Position numbers and translations under genes: made by a program
Notes under the pieces: model-generated
Database searches by the model: none
What the model saw: only the letters and a program-made list of their open reading frames with translations
Told to the model about the DNA's origin: nothing
Shown: piece by piece, positions 9,397-19,161 of the stretch
Layout: every line of letters starts with the position of its first letter
Position numbering within the stretch: position 1 is the stretch's first letter
Source: an uncultured Bacteriovoracaceae bacterium
GTDB taxonomy: Bacteria; Bdellovibrionota; UBA2394
Reading direction: 5' to 3'
Assembly (NCBI GenBank): GCA_964601045.1
Contig: CAZRLF010000010.1
Span: 30,295-94,294, forward strand
DNA length: 64,000 nucleotides

Positions 9397-10182
9397 TTAC
9401 CTCAATTGGCTAGTAGCCCCTAACATTTGATCAGATGTTTGAATGACCTTGCTGTTTAATTCATAAGCTCTTTGAGCCAAAATCATTCGAACGAGTTCTT
9501 CTGCAATATTCACATTTGAACTTTCGAGAAATCCTTGTTGGAGGGTTCCATAACCTGCAGCCCCTGGCGTTCCGGCAGTTGCTGTTCCTGACGCAGCGGT
9601 CTCTTGATATAAGCTTCTTCCAACCGATTGAAGACCTGATTCATTCGGAAAAATATAAGTTTGAATTTGACCTTCGACTACAGGAGCTGAAGCTGGAGGA
9701 ACACGCGCTGACACGGTTCCGTCCACACCGATCGTTCGATCAACTCCTTGAGGGTTTACCGTAACGTTAGGAACAATAGGAAACCCGTTTTGATTAACGA
9801 TTCGTCCCGTTGAATCCGTCGCAAATGAACCAGATCGTGTATAGGCGATTTCACCATTGGGCAATTGAACCGAGAAAAATCCTTTTCCTTCGATTGCCAT
9901 ATCGAGAACAGATCCAGTTTGCTCCATAATTCCCTGAGACATCTGACTGGGTGTTGAAACAACTCGGGCACCGCTTCCAATTTGAAGACCAGAAGGAGAT
10001 TGAATTCCACTTGCAGTCTCTCCCCCAGCGAGTGATCGAGTTTCATAGATAAGATCTTGAAACTCTGCGCGATTCGTTTTGAAACCAGTCGTATTGATAT
10101 TAGCGATATTATTTGAAATAACTGCGATCCGCGTTTGTTGAGCATCCATTCCTGTCGCGGCTGTAAAAAGAGATTTAACCAT
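9397..10182 (-). CDS. flgG: Flagellar distal rod protein FlgG.
   Basis: MVKSLFTAATGMDAQQTRIAVISNNIANINTTGFK...and C-terminus LESSNVNIAEELVRMILAQRAYELNSKVIQTSDQML. 261 aa. Confidence 0.95.
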   Translation of the reverse strand: MVKSLFTAATGMDAQQTRIAVISNNIANINTTGFKTNRAEFQDLIYETRSLAGGETASGIQSPSGLQIGSGARVVSTPSQMSQGIMEQTGSVLDMAIEGKGFFSVQLPNGEIAYTRSGSFATDSTGRIVNQNGFPIVPNVTVNPQGVDRTIGVDGTVSARVPPASAPVVEGQIQTYIFPNESGLQSVGRSLYQETAASGTATAGTPGAAGYGTLQQGFLESSNVNIAEELVRMILAQRAYELNSKVIQTSDQMLGATSQLR

Positions 10183-10200
10183 AAACGCCTTCCTCTACTA

Positions 10201-10944
10201 TTACCCTTGTGTCGAACCTATTTTTTCGTTTCTCAGTTGGCTCAATCGTGATTGAGCTTCTTGAGCGGATTTAAAACTTTCAAAAAGTCTTGAGGTCAAA
10301 ATCATATCGGCGAGTTCTCGAACAGCATTCACATTGCTTGATTCGAGTGCGCCACCAACAACAATCGGGGCTTCAACGTCTGTCACTCCACCACTGGCTG
10401 CAAAAAGTTGTCCGGCTTCTCTAGTTGTCTGAGATGGATCGAGCTCAACAATTCGAAGTTTACCAGCAGATTTGCCGTCAACATTGACGGTTCCATCACC
10501 AGCGATTGTGACTAAACCAGCACCTATTGAGATATCGCCGCCACTTCCTTGCACAGGATGTCCACTTTGTGTGACAAGGCGGCCTTGAGCATCAATGCTA
10601 AAGCTTCCTGCTTTTGTGTACCTCTCTCCTTGCGGTGTTTGAACAACGAAAAAACCTTTTCCATTTACTCCGGCATCGAGAGGATTGCCGGTATTCTCGA
10701 GATTGCCAGGAGTAAGATCGGTGAAGGTTCCTTTGATAGCTGTAAAATTTTCAGTAAATTGATTATTGGGCAGTCGAATATCTTTTCTTAATGACGTGGT
10801 TAAAACCGCATCTTGATTTTGAAGAGTTTTTTCAAAAAGCGCCCGCTCAGCTTTGTAGCCGGTGGTATTCATATTGGCCAAATTATTAGAAATGATTTCT
10901 AAGTTCTTGAAGGCCGCAATTTGTCCACTGAGGTTTGTATACAT
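10201..10944 (-). CDS. flgF: Flagellar proximal rod protein FlgF.
   Basis: MYTNLSGQIAAFKNLEIISNNLANMNTTGYK...and LESSNVNAVRELADMILTSRLFES. 247 aa. GGAGCAAGG RBS. Confidence 0.9.
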   Translation of the reverse strand: MYTNLSGQIAAFKNLEIISNNLANMNTTGYKAERALFEKTLQNQDAVLTTSLRKDIRLPNNQFTENFTAIKGTFTDLTPGNLENTGNPLDAGVNGKGFFVVQTPQGERYTKAGSFSIDAQGRLVTQSGHPVQGSGGDISIGAGLVTIAGDGTVNVDGKSAGKLRIVELDPSQTTREAGQLFAASGGVTDVEAPIVVGGALESSNVNAVRELADMILTSRLFESFKSAQEAQSRLSQLRNEKIGSTQG

Positions 10945-10968
10945 ACACCTTGCTCCGTCATTGTCTTA

Positions 10969-10984
10969 AGCAAGAGTCATTCCT
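10969..10984 (-). promoter_or_regulatory. Weak sigma-54-like -24/-12 element upstream of flgF.
   Basis: Minus-strand sequence AGGAAT-gactc-TTGCT compared with the consensus TGGCAC-N5-TTGCW. GG and TTGC are conserved with correct spacing. The implied 5' UTR would be only ~15 nt. Confidence 0.25.
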
Positions 10985-11163
10985 GCGTGGCGCGTCGAAA
11001 TAAAATCGAATTGTTTTAAGGACTTAGGGTTTTTTGCATGGTGTTAATATCGTAAAAATTCGTCCGACGCGGCAAGAGATGCCGGCAGTCTTTGCCGAGC
11101 GGCTGACATGAAGCGCCGCCCAAACTCTCCGAGCAATTGAGATCGATTTCTGACTGCCCATCT

Positions 11164-11307
11164 ATTTATGAGCTCTGCGGTGGCGTGCATCTGAAGACGG
11201 AGACGCTGGCTGCACACCTCTTCACACGGGTGGGCCAGAGTATCTTTCGCAAGGTGTGCAGCCAGCGTCTCCGTCTTCAGATGCACACCACCACAGAGCT
11301 CATGAAC
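11164..11307. repeat. Large inverted repeat (hairpin). The arms are ~51 bp (11168-11218 and 11253-11303) with 2 mismatches and a 34-nt spacer. It sits in a GC-rich ~250-bp non-coding island (about 11060-11310).
   Basis: Left arm ATGAGCTCTGCGGTGGCGTGCATCTGAAGACGGAGACGCTGGCTGCACACC. Right arm GGTGTGCAGCCAGCGTCTCCGTCTTCAGATGCACACCACCACAGAGCTCAT is its reverse complement apart from 2 positions. The two overlapping track ORFs (11044..11286 minus, 11137..11334 plus) encode near-identical peptides only because both read through the palindrome. Confidence 0.85.
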
Positions 11308-11345
11308 GAGCGAATTAATTCAATTATAGAATGAATGATACTAGC

Positions 11346-11765
11346 TTAACTAAGCTTTGTGCTCTTCGCCGTCGTAGGAAACTCATTCCCAGTGGCTTTA
11401 AGCTCTTTAAGGCGCTTCTTCAAATTAAGTTCACCAAGAGTGATGAACGACGAATCAGAAGCAATTTGCGTTGAAGCTTGAGTTTTAGTAGCAACTTTTG
11501 TGGTGGCTACCGTATTGATTTCTTTGTTGAGATCAGAAAGCTTTCCGTAAATGCGATCAATCTGCGAAGCCTGAAAAGACAATACCTTCTCTATCGTATT
11601 AAATCTAATTCCATCAGGAGTCGGCTTCTTAAGGGACTGTCTAAACATATGATAGTGAACGAGTAAAACTTGAAACGCTATCCACTGAATAAGAACAAAA
11701 GCACCCAAGACAAGCATCGGGGCATTTGCAATAAACCATTGTTTGCTAAACATCACTGTATCCAT
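11346..11765 (-). CDS. Hypothetical membrane protein (139 aa) translationally coupled downstream of fliA.
   Basis: N-terminal TM helix FIANAPMLVLGAFVLIQWIAFQVLLV followed by a helical, charged C-terminal domain. Only 3 nt separate it from the fliA stop. Confidence 0.5.
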   Translation of the reverse strand: MDTVMFSKQWFIANAPMLVLGAFVLIQWIAFQVLLVHYHMFRQSLKKPTPDGIRFNTIEKVLSFQASQIDRIYGKLSDLNKEINTVATTKVATKTQASTQIASDSSFITLGELNLKKRLKELKATGNEFPTTAKSTKLS

Positions 11766-11768
11766 AAC

Positions 11769-12545
11769 CTACTCCTTAGTCTTCGCAGCTGAATCGGGTT
11801 TAAAAGAATCTAGTCGCCATCTCAGCCGCATCAAAGCTTTCGAATGCATCTGACAAACACGCTGGTCCGATGTATTTAAAACTTCTGCAATTTCTGCCAG
11901 GGTTAATCCTTCATAATAATAGAGCGCCATCATCAGCTGCTCTTCAGAATCTAACTTTTGAACGGCCTCGATAATTCGATTCTTGAGCTCCTTATATTGC
12001 ATCTCAACGTCGGGATGCGGAGAGCTCTTGTCTTCAATGAACTTAAGAACATCAACTTCAGATTCAAATGTTCCACCACAAAGCTCATCGTAAGACATCA
12101 TTCCAGCAGGCTGAAGATCGACAATATATTCGTAATAATCTTCGAGACTCATTTTGAGTGCCGAAGCCATATCACGATCTTCAGGAATGCGATTAAGATC
12201 AGCGCTTAAATTTCGATAGAGAGCATCGATCTCTCGAATCTTGACTCGAACCCCTCGAGGAAGCCAATCGCGCGTCCGAAGTTCATCGAGCATCGATCCG
12301 CGAATTCTAAACTTAGCGTAGGTTTCAAACTTGACCATCAAAGTAGGATCAAAAGTATTGATCGCTTCAAGAAGGCCTAGAGTTCCGGCCGAAATAAGAT
12401 CATCGGCCGTAAAGTGACGAGGAAGCCTGCCCATCAAGCGATATGCGGCGATCTTAACTAACGGAGCGTACCGCTCAATCAATTCTGTCTTCTCTGCTTC
12501 AGAGAGATCACGCTTCGCATTCTTTTTGTAGGCATTCAAACTCAT
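11769..12545 (-). CDS. fliA: Flagellar sigma factor sigma-28 (FliA).
   Basis: 258 aa with sigma-70 regions 2-4. The final C-terminal HTH ...LTLAEIAEVLNTSDQRVCQMHSKALMRLR is present. It is the last gene of the flhF-flhG-fliA arrangement. Confidence 0.9.
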   Translation of the reverse strand: MSLNAYKKNAKRDLSEAEKTELIERYAPLVKIAAYRLMGRLPRHFTADDLISAGTLGLLEAINTFDPTLMVKFETYAKFRIRGSMLDELRTRDWLPRGVRVKIREIDALYRNLSADLNRIPEDRDMASALKMSLEDYYEYIVDLQPAGMMSYDELCGGTFESEVDVLKFIEDKSSPHPDVEMQYKELKNRIIEAVQKLDSEEQLMMALYYYEGLTLAEIAEVLNTSDQRVCQMHSKALMRLRWRLDSFKPDSAAKTKE

Positions 12546-12552
12546 TTATATT

Positions 12553-13407
12553 TTATCTCCCTGTGAGTGCATGCTTTAAAAAAAACTGCATTCCACCTTT
12601 TTGCTGTTCAAGTTCTAGTTTCACTACCTTGTCAGCGAGTTCCGAGTACAATTTTGCAATCGGACCATCCTTATCAAATTTTACCATGGGTTGCTGTCTT
12701 GTGATCGACTGTCGCACTTTGTCATCGAAAGTAAAATTGTGCATATGCCAGAGCTGCACTGAATCAAGAAACTGATCAGTCGCGTTGAGTAGAGCTTTAA
12801 AAATCATTTTTCCTTCAGCTTCATTTTTTGTCTGATTTGTAATGATGTGAAAAACTTTCTCACCGTACTGCATCGATGCAACCTTCATCAAAGCATAGGC
12901 GTCGGTAATACTAGTGGGCTCAGGCGTAACGACTACAAAAATAGCCTGCGCAGACGAGTTTAAATACATTACGTTATCAGAAATTCCCGCGCCGGTATCG
13001 ATAAGAACGACATCAAATCTTCCTTCAAGTTGATCAAGCTGATCAACGAGACTCATTTTGCTTTGCTGATTGAGCTGAGTCATTTCTTGAATACCACTCG
13101 CAGCCGGCAAAATTTGCACCCCATCGGGTCCAGTAAATAAGACTTCGTTCACCGTTTTAGTTCCATCGATCAAATGCTTCAAATTGTAAGGAGGATTTAC
13201 ATTATAAATGATATCAATATTGGCTAGCCCCATATCGCCGTCAAAAATAAGTACCTCTTGTTTTTTTGCTCTCAAAGCTAAAGCTAAATTAGCCACAACT
13301 TGAGTTTTTCCAACTCCACCTTTTCCGCTTGTGACGGCAATTACTTTCACCGGCCTTTTTCCACCTTGCTTCAGCATTTGATCCCTTAAATTTTTAGCCT
13401 GATCCAT
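12553..13407 (-). CDS. flhG: MinD-like ATPase FlhG (flagellar number regulator).
   Basis: Deviant Walker A VIAVTSGKGGVGKTQVVANLALAL, 284 aa, directly downstream of flhF. Confidence 0.9.
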   Translation of the reverse strand: MDQAKNLRDQMLKQGGKRPVKVIAVTSGKGGVGKTQVVANLALALRAKKQEVLIFDGDMGLANIDIIYNVNPPYNLKHLIDGTKTVNEVLFTGPDGVQILPAASGIQEMTQLNQQSKMSLVDQLDQLEGRFDVVLIDTGAGISDNVMYLNSSAQAIFVVVTPEPTSITDAYALMKVASMQYGEKVFHIITNQTKNEAEGKMIFKALLNATDQFLDSVQLWHMHNFTFDDKVRQSITRQQPMVKFDKDGPIAKLYSELADKVVKLELEQQKGGMQFFLKHALTGR

Positions 13408-13419
13408 AACTATCCCCTT

Positions 13420-14865
13420 TTAGTTCTCGTTGAACCCAAGATCCTGAGTCACCCGTTCAATAAAGTCCTTTTTCGAAAAAACGCTTAAATCATCTGGAAC
13501 GCTTTGACCGTGACCAATCATAGAAACCGGTTTCTTAGCTTCTATAATGGTTGATAACATTCCACCCCAGTAGTCAGTCTCATCCCATTTTGTAAAAAGC
13601 AAACATTGAGGTTTTAAAACTTCAAAAGCTTCGAGCATCTGTTTGACATCTCGTGGAGCCACACCCACAGGAATAACCAAATGAGACTGAATTCGATCAA
13701 TAAGCTCTGGGTTTGAAAACGTAATGAGCTTAGAAAGTGCATCAAGCTTCTCGTGATCACGATGAGACACACCAAATGTATCGATATAAATGGTATCAGC
13801 AGTTTGTAATGAAACCAAATCCTCGAGACTGGTGTCAGCCCGCGAACGAACAAAAGGCACTTCGAGAATACGCGCGTAAGACTGAAGTTGATCAGCTCCA
13901 CCTATTTTAAAATCGTCGAGCGAAATAAAGCAGACCGAACGCTTTAATTTAATTTTTTCGTAAGCGGCCATTTTTGCAATAGTAGTTGTTTTTCCTACAC
14001 CAGTAGGTCCAACTAAAATAACAATCCGACGCCCATCGTTATCAAAAATAGGAGCTTCCTTGACATAGGTTTCTAAAGCTTGAGCTAGCTGAACTTCTCC
14101 TGCCGAAGAATCTCTAAATTCATGATCTCTTTGTTCAATATCCTTTAAGAAAGAAAGAATGATACGACTGGGCATTCCATTGGCTTGCCAGTAATCCACA
14201 AGTTTTCGATAAGTGGTTGGCAAGTCGGTTTCTTCATATCGCTTCTCAAGAATAAAATTATTGAGCTCTGAGCGTAAGTGCTGAATTTCGCCTTCAAGCG
14301 GATCAAAAAGCTTTTTCTTTTTAGGGGCTGCGAGAGCTGAAGGTTGAGCAGCCGCTTGAGTTTTCTCGAGTTTTGTTTTTAAACCATCAATTTCTTTTTG
14401 AAGTGGCTCAACAAATGTTTTAATCGCATACATTTGGTTCATTGATTCAGGAGTCGCAGATGCAGCCGATTTTGGTGCCGGTGCTGCAGCGGTAACGACT
14501 GGCTTTTTTGGAGCGGCAGCCATTTGACGATCACCCATCGCTAAAATCTGATTGGGCTTTTTGCCACCTGGAAGTAACACATTCCACCACTGATTTTTAG
14601 CGGGTCGCTCAGTCACCGTTGCCGAAGCGGCTGAACTTGTTGCGTTTCTCTCTGCAGGAGATTCACCCACAATTGTCTTAAATCGAATGGGCTCAACACG
14701 ATCAATCGCTGCTGTAATTTCAACTAGAGTGCGCGATAAAAGAGCTCCTGCCTCTTTTACATTCTCAGTTTGTAGAATAACAGCATCGTCACCCAAATCA
14801 TTTCTCACCTGTTCGATTGCTTCTTGAAGCGTACCTGCTCGATATTTTTTAATTTGGATTCCCAT
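13420..14865 (-). CDS. flhF: SRP-type GTPase FlhF (polar flagellar placement).
   Basis: 481 aa. The C-terminal NG domain has a P-loop (VILVGPTGVGKTTTIAKMAA) and a DTFG motif. A long low-complexity Ala/Pro/Lys-rich linker is also present. Confidence 0.9.
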   Translation of the reverse strand: MGIQIKKYRAGTLQEAIEQVRNDLGDDAVILQTENVKEAGALLSRTLVEITAAIDRVEPIRFKTIVGESPAERNATSSAASATVTERPAKNQWWNVLLPGGKKPNQILAMGDRQMAAAPKKPVVTAAAPAPKSAASATPESMNQMYAIKTFVEPLQKEIDGLKTKLEKTQAAAQPSALAAPKKKKLFDPLEGEIQHLRSELNNFILEKRYEETDLPTTYRKLVDYWQANGMPSRIILSFLKDIEQRDHEFRDSSAGEVQLAQALETYVKEAPIFDNDGRRIVILVGPTGVGKTTTIAKMAAYEKIKLKRSVCFISLDDFKIGGADQLQSYARILEVPFVRSRADTSLEDLVSLQTADTIYIDTFGVSHRDHEKLDALSKLITFSNPELIDRIQSHLVIPVGVAPRDVKQMLEAFEVLKPQCLLFTKWDETDYWGGMLSTIIEAKKPVSMIGHGQSVPDDLSVFSKKDFIERVTQDLGFNEN

Positions 14866-14866
14866 A

Positions 14867-17005
14867 TTATCCTCCCGTTACCCTTGAGGCATCCTTGCCT
14901 TGTCCATCCACGCGAACCACTCCCAAACTTTCTAACTTACTTAAAGCAGTCACTTCACTGTGAGAAATCACAGAGCAATTTTGAACTTGTCGTTCAATCA
15001 GCTTCTTGAAATAAGGCCGTACACTTGGTGACGTTAAAACGACTGGTTGAATTCCTTCATCTGAAAGACGAGTACACTCAGATTGAAGCGAATTAATCAT
15101 AGCTAATGCTTTTTTAGGATCGAGTGTGATCTGAGTTCCATCTTCAGTCTTAATTAAACTACGAGCCAAAGCTTCATCGAGCTCTGGATCTAAAACTAAA
15201 ACCCTAAGCCGACCATCTTGTGAGAAGACATGAGTGATCGTTGATGCAAGAGCTTCACGTACATACTCAGTGAGTGCGTCTGCATCTTTTACTCGACCTG
15301 AATGATCAAGCAGAGTTTCGATAATTGTAGGAAGATCTCGAACCGGAATTCCCTCTTTTAAAAGATTCTTAAGAACTCTTAAAACTCTTCCTGGAGGAAG
15401 TGCGTCGGGAGTAAGCTCTTCGATAAGTTTGGGATGAGTTTCTTTAAGTTTATCAAATAGCTTTTGAAGTTCTTGTCGACCCAATAGCTCAGAAGCATGC
15501 GATTTAATAACCTCACTAATATGAGTAGCGAGAGTGGTTGAATTATCAACCACCGTATAGCCAAAGAGTTGCGCTTGCTCTTTCTTTTGTTCTTTAATCC
15601 ACTTAGCAGGAAGACCATAAGCAGGTTCTTTGGTATCAATACCTTCTATTTTTCCAGAAGTTGTTCCAGGATCGATAGCAAGATAATGATCGGTAAAGAG
15701 TTCGCCACCTACGACTTTGACTCCTCTAACCATGATCGAGTATTCACCCTGACGAAGTTGTAAATTATCTCGAATATGAATGGGCGGAACAACGAACCCC
15801 ATATCTTGAGCAAACTGACGTCGAAGATGAGTCATACGTTTAAGCAGATCGCCTTTTTGTCGTTCATCAACGAGCGGAACTAAACCGTATCCGACTTCGA
15901 GCTCCAAAAGATCAACAGGTTGAACCCAATTTGTAGGTTCAAAATCATTTGCCTTCTCAATTCTGGGAGCTTCAAGTTGTTTGCTAGCTTCTTCAGCAAT
16001 TTCTTGAGCCTTAAGTTCTTCTTGAGCTTTCTTTCCACGGCTCGCCATATAGAATAAAAGAATAGCCGCGAACATAAATGGAATCGTAGGCATGCTCGGA
16101 TGAAGAGCGCCAATGCCTAAGATCATCGCGGCCACAACGAAGGCCTGAGGTTGAATAAAAACTTGTTTGCCCAACTCGTCCGATAAGTTATTAACGGCGC
16201 CAACTTTAGTGACGATCATACCAGCGGCGGTAGAAATAATCAGAGCTGGAATTTGACTTACCAAACCTTCTCCGACTGTTAAAATCGTGTAAGTTTGAGC
16301 TGCCTGAATAAAACTCATATTGCCTTGGGCAATACCGATGATCAAACCACCCACAACGTTAACTGCAACAATGATGATCGCGGCGATTGCATCACCACGA
16401 ACAAATTTACTGGCACCGTCCATGGAGCCGTAAAAGTCCGCTTCAGTTTCAATTGCTTTTCTTCGCTCTCGAGCTTGAGCTTCGGTAATGAGTCCGGCAT
16501 TAAGATCGGCATCAATAGCCATCTGCTTACCCGGCATAGCATCCAAGGTAAATCGAGCTGCTACTTCAGCGATACGACCAGAACCTTTGGTGATAACGAT
16601 AAAGTTAATAACAACCAATATCGTGAAGACAATAATACCAACAACGTAATTGCCACCGATAACAAAAGTACCGAATGTTTCGATAATCTTTCCTGCACCT
16701 CCGGCACCGGTTGATCCATGGGTAAGAATAAGCCGAGTCGATGCAATATTAAGCGCCAATCTAAAAATCGTAGTGATCAAAAGAACAGTTGGAAAAATCG
16801 TAAACTCAACCGCCTTCTTCATATAAACGGCGATAAGAAACAAAACGAGAGACATTGCAATCGATACGACTAATAAAAGATCCAATACGAACGCCGGCAA
16901 TGGGATCATCATGATCAGAACAACGCCGATGAGGATAAACCCCATCATCGACTCTTTATTCTTCATTAGAGCTGTAACTGATCCTTGTTGTTGCTCAGCT
17001 GCCAT
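14867..17005 (-). CDS. flhA: Flagellar export apparatus protein FlhA.
   Basis: 712 aa. Eight N-terminal TM helices, the conserved FHIPEP block ...RFTLDAMPGKQMAIDADLNAGLI..., and a cytoplasmic C-terminal domain. Confidence 0.97.
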   Translation of the reverse strand: MAAEQQQGSVTALMKNKESMMGFILIGVVLIMMIPLPAFVLDLLLVVSIAMSLVLFLIAVYMKKAVEFTIFPTVLLITTIFRLALNIASTRLILTHGSTGAGGAGKIIETFGTFVIGGNYVVGIIVFTILVVINFIVITKGSGRIAEVAARFTLDAMPGKQMAIDADLNAGLITEAQARERRKAIETEADFYGSMDGASKFVRGDAIAAIIIVAVNVVGGLIIGIAQGNMSFIQAAQTYTILTVGEGLVSQIPALIISTAAGMIVTKVGAVNNLSDELGKQVFIQPQAFVVAAMILGIGALHPSMPTIPFMFAAILLFYMASRGKKAQEELKAQEIAEEASKQLEAPRIEKANDFEPTNWVQPVDLLELEVGYGLVPLVDERQKGDLLKRMTHLRRQFAQDMGFVVPPIHIRDNLQLRQGEYSIMVRGVKVVGGELFTDHYLAIDPGTTSGKIEGIDTKEPAYGLPAKWIKEQKKEQAQLFGYTVVDNSTTLATHISEVIKSHASELLGRQELQKLFDKLKETHPKLIEELTPDALPPGRVLRVLKNLLKEGIPVRDLPTIIETLLDHSGRVKDADALTEYVREALASTITHVFSQDGRLRVLVLDPELDEALARSLIKTEDGTQITLDPKKALAMINSLQSECTRLSDEGIQPVVLTSPSVRPYFKKLIERQVQNCSVISHSEVTALSKLESLGVVRVDGQGKDASRVTGG

Positions 17006-17012
17006 GACTTAC

Positions 17013-18098
17013 TTAAGCCTGTGAGGCCCTCCATTGTTTGAATCGATTTTTAATTTTATAGACGTAGGCCAAAACTTCAGCGACTGCAGTATAGAGTGAC
17101 TCAGGAATGGCCTCTCCAATTTCAACATTGCGATAAAGAAATCGAGCAAGTTGTTTTCTCTCTAAAATAGGGACTTCAGATTTAATCGCCAGTTCTTTAA
17201 TCGTCACGGCGATATATCCAGCACCCTTTGCAACAACTACAGGTGCTCTCATCTGACCTTTTTTATATTGAAGAGCGACTGCCACGTGAGTCGGGTTAGT
17301 GACAACCACATCCGCTTTAGGAACCTTCTCCATCATTCTCTGACGAATGCGATCGCGTTGAATTTGTCGGATGCGAGCTTTAATTTGAGGATCCCCCTCT
17401 CGTCGCTTAACCTCTTCTTTCATCTCCCGTACAGTTGATCGCATTTTCTGAAGATAAGCCCATTTCTGATAGAGAAAATCAGCCACTCCCAAAACACCCA
17501 TGAATATAAGTAAGACGATAAGAACTTGTCCGATCAGTTTTACAAAATACATGAATATATAAGGAACAGGGTACGATCCCATCTCAACAAGTCGATCAAT
17601 CTCTCCTCTGAACGTCAGATAAAGAACTACCGAAATAAAAGCGACCTTAATCGTTGAACGCAAAAGCTCGACGTAAGATTCTTTTGAAAAGAATTTTTTA
17701 AATCCCTGAATAGGATTCATTTTTGAAAAATCGGGAGATATTTTCTCTGCGGTAAAAATAAATCCAAATTGAGCCAGATACCCGCCAACTCCTAAAACAA
17801 AAACTGCGCCAAGAACGGGGGCGATTAAAATAACAATATCCGTCATAACTCCGCTAATCAGGTTGATATAGTCATGAGGTCCATCTAGTGGATGACGATT
17901 AAAGTCAAAAAAATTTTTAAATGAAGCAACGAGTTGAGTAAAAATTTGACGAGAGGCGAAGTAAAGCGCCATGACGCTTCCTAAAAAGAGAAAGAAATTC
18001 TCGAGGTCACGAGATTTCGCAACATCACCTTTCTCACGAGCATCGCCCAGTTTATAGGGACTTGGCTCTTCTGTTTTATCGCCGTCGTCTTCCATCAA
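17013..18098 (-). CDS. flhB: Flagellar export apparatus protein FlhB.
   Basis: 361 aa, with the autocleavage NPTH motif (VVVTNPTHVAVALQY). Confidence 0.95.
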   Translation of the reverse strand: MMEDDGDKTEEPSPYKLGDAREKGDVAKSRDLENFFLFLGSVMALYFASRQIFTQLVASFKNFFDFNRHPLDGPHDYINLISGVMTDIVILIAPVLGAVFVLGVGGYLAQFGFIFTAEKISPDFSKMNPIQGFKKFFSKESYVELLRSTIKVAFISVVLYLTFRGEIDRLVEMGSYPVPYIFMYFVKLIGQVLIVLLIFMGVLGVADFLYQKWAYLQKMRSTVREMKEEVKRREGDPQIKARIRQIQRDRIRQRMMEKVPKADVVVTNPTHVAVALQYKKGQMRAPVVVAKGAGYIAVTIKELAIKSEVPILERKQLARFLYRNVEIGEAIPESLYTAVAEVLAYVYKIKNRFKQWRASQA

Positions 18099-18895
18099 CC
18101 ACCTTTAAGATCTCTTATCATTCGCATCATATCGGGCCCCATCTGCTCGGTCATTTGAGTCATCACCGTTCTAAAAAGAGGAAGACTCACTCCTACAAGA
18201 ATCATTCCTAGGACGGGTCCAACGATAAAACCGATATTCATATAAATGTTAAGCTGAGGTGAAATCTTGCTGAGTAAACCCATAATTACATTAAGAACTG
18301 TCATGACCACGATAATGGGGGCAGCAATTTGAATAGAAAGTGCAAAGAGCTGCGACATCATCGCTGACATTGTCCCCGCAGCTCGTGAATTGAAACCCTG
18401 AGCTAAAGGAAGAATTTCGTAACTCTTTGTTAACGCCGAGAACATCACGTGATGCCCATCAAGATATAGAAAAATGAGAGCACCTAAAATAGTGTACAAG
18501 CTAGTGATAACGCCTGTATCGACTTCGTTATTAGGATCAAAAATTGTGGCCATCGAATAACCGGCTTGAATACTATAAAAGTCTCCGGCAGTTTGTATGA
18601 CAGCAAAAATAAGAGCGGCAACATATCCAATCGCAAGTCCAATCGCGACTTCTTGAAAGATATAAACCAAAAGTTGAATATGATTCTGAGCAGTAATTTT
18701 TTGAGCACTGGCAATACTGGGTAAAATCAAAAAACTTAAAATGACGACAATCGGAATTTTTACTCGATTCGGAACTGCCTTATTGCTCAGCAAAGGGGAA
18801 ATTAAAAAAAGTCCGCTCATGCGAGCGACAATCAAAACCATCAGTACGATCTGACTTACCGAAATCCACTCGTACATTTTGGTAATTCCCGTCAT
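18095..18895 (-). CDS. fliR: Flagellar export apparatus protein FliR.
   Basis: 266 aa polytopic membrane protein located between fliQ and flhB. Overlaps flhB by 4 nt. Confidence 0.9.
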   Translation of the reverse strand: MTGITKMYEWISVSQIVLMVLIVARMSGLFLISPLLSNKAVPNRVKIPIVVILSFLILPSIASAQKITAQNHIQLLVYIFQEVAIGLAIGYVAALIFAVIQTAGDFYSIQAGYSMATIFDPNNEVDTGVITSLYTILGALIFLYLDGHHVMFSALTKSYEILPLAQGFNSRAAGTMSAMMSQLFALSIQIAAPIIVVMTVLNVIMGLLSKISPQLNIYMNIGFIVGPVLGMILVGVSLPLFRTVMTQMTEQMGPDMMRMIRDLKGG

Positions 18896-19161
18896 CTCAC
18901 AAACCTCGTAAAATCAGAGAAAATTCCACTCGAGAAAGTCATCAAACGATCAACGATGAATCCACCAAACAGAATGAGAACAAGATAAATTGAAACCATT
19001 TTGGGAATAAACGCTAAGGTTTGCTCTTGAATTTGTGTTGTCGCTTGCAAGATACTGATAGCCAAACCAACAACTAGGGCCACCAAAAGAGCGGGCAGCG
19101 AAACAAGCATCATCACCTTAAGGGTTTCCATTGCAATGCTTTGAACAAATGCTGGACTCAT
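18892..19161 (-). CDS. fliQ: Flagellar export apparatus protein FliQ.
   Basis: 89 aa with two TM helices. ...MKVMMLVSLPALLVALVVGLAISILQATTQIQEQTLAFIPK is the FliQ signature. Confidence 0.9.
   Translation of the reverse strand: MSPAFVQSIAMETLKVMMLVSLPALLVALVVGLAISILQATTQIQEQTLAFIPKMVSIYLVLILFGGFIVDRLMTFSSGIFSDFTRFVR

Noticed and set aside
11044-11334. Two overlapping ORFs (80 aa on the minus strand, 65 aa on the plus strand) encoding near-identical peptides.
   Set aside because: They are mirror images produced by reading through the 51-bp-arm palindrome from either strand. They have no RBS and the region is non-coding GC-rich DNA. They are treated as an inverted repeat, not genes.
13614-16746. 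Several 60-140-aa ORFs antisense to, or in alternative frames within, flhF and flhA (for example 13614..13901 and 16295..16714).
   Set aside because: They are embedded in strongly supported long CDSs, carry no independent signals and show low-complexity translations.
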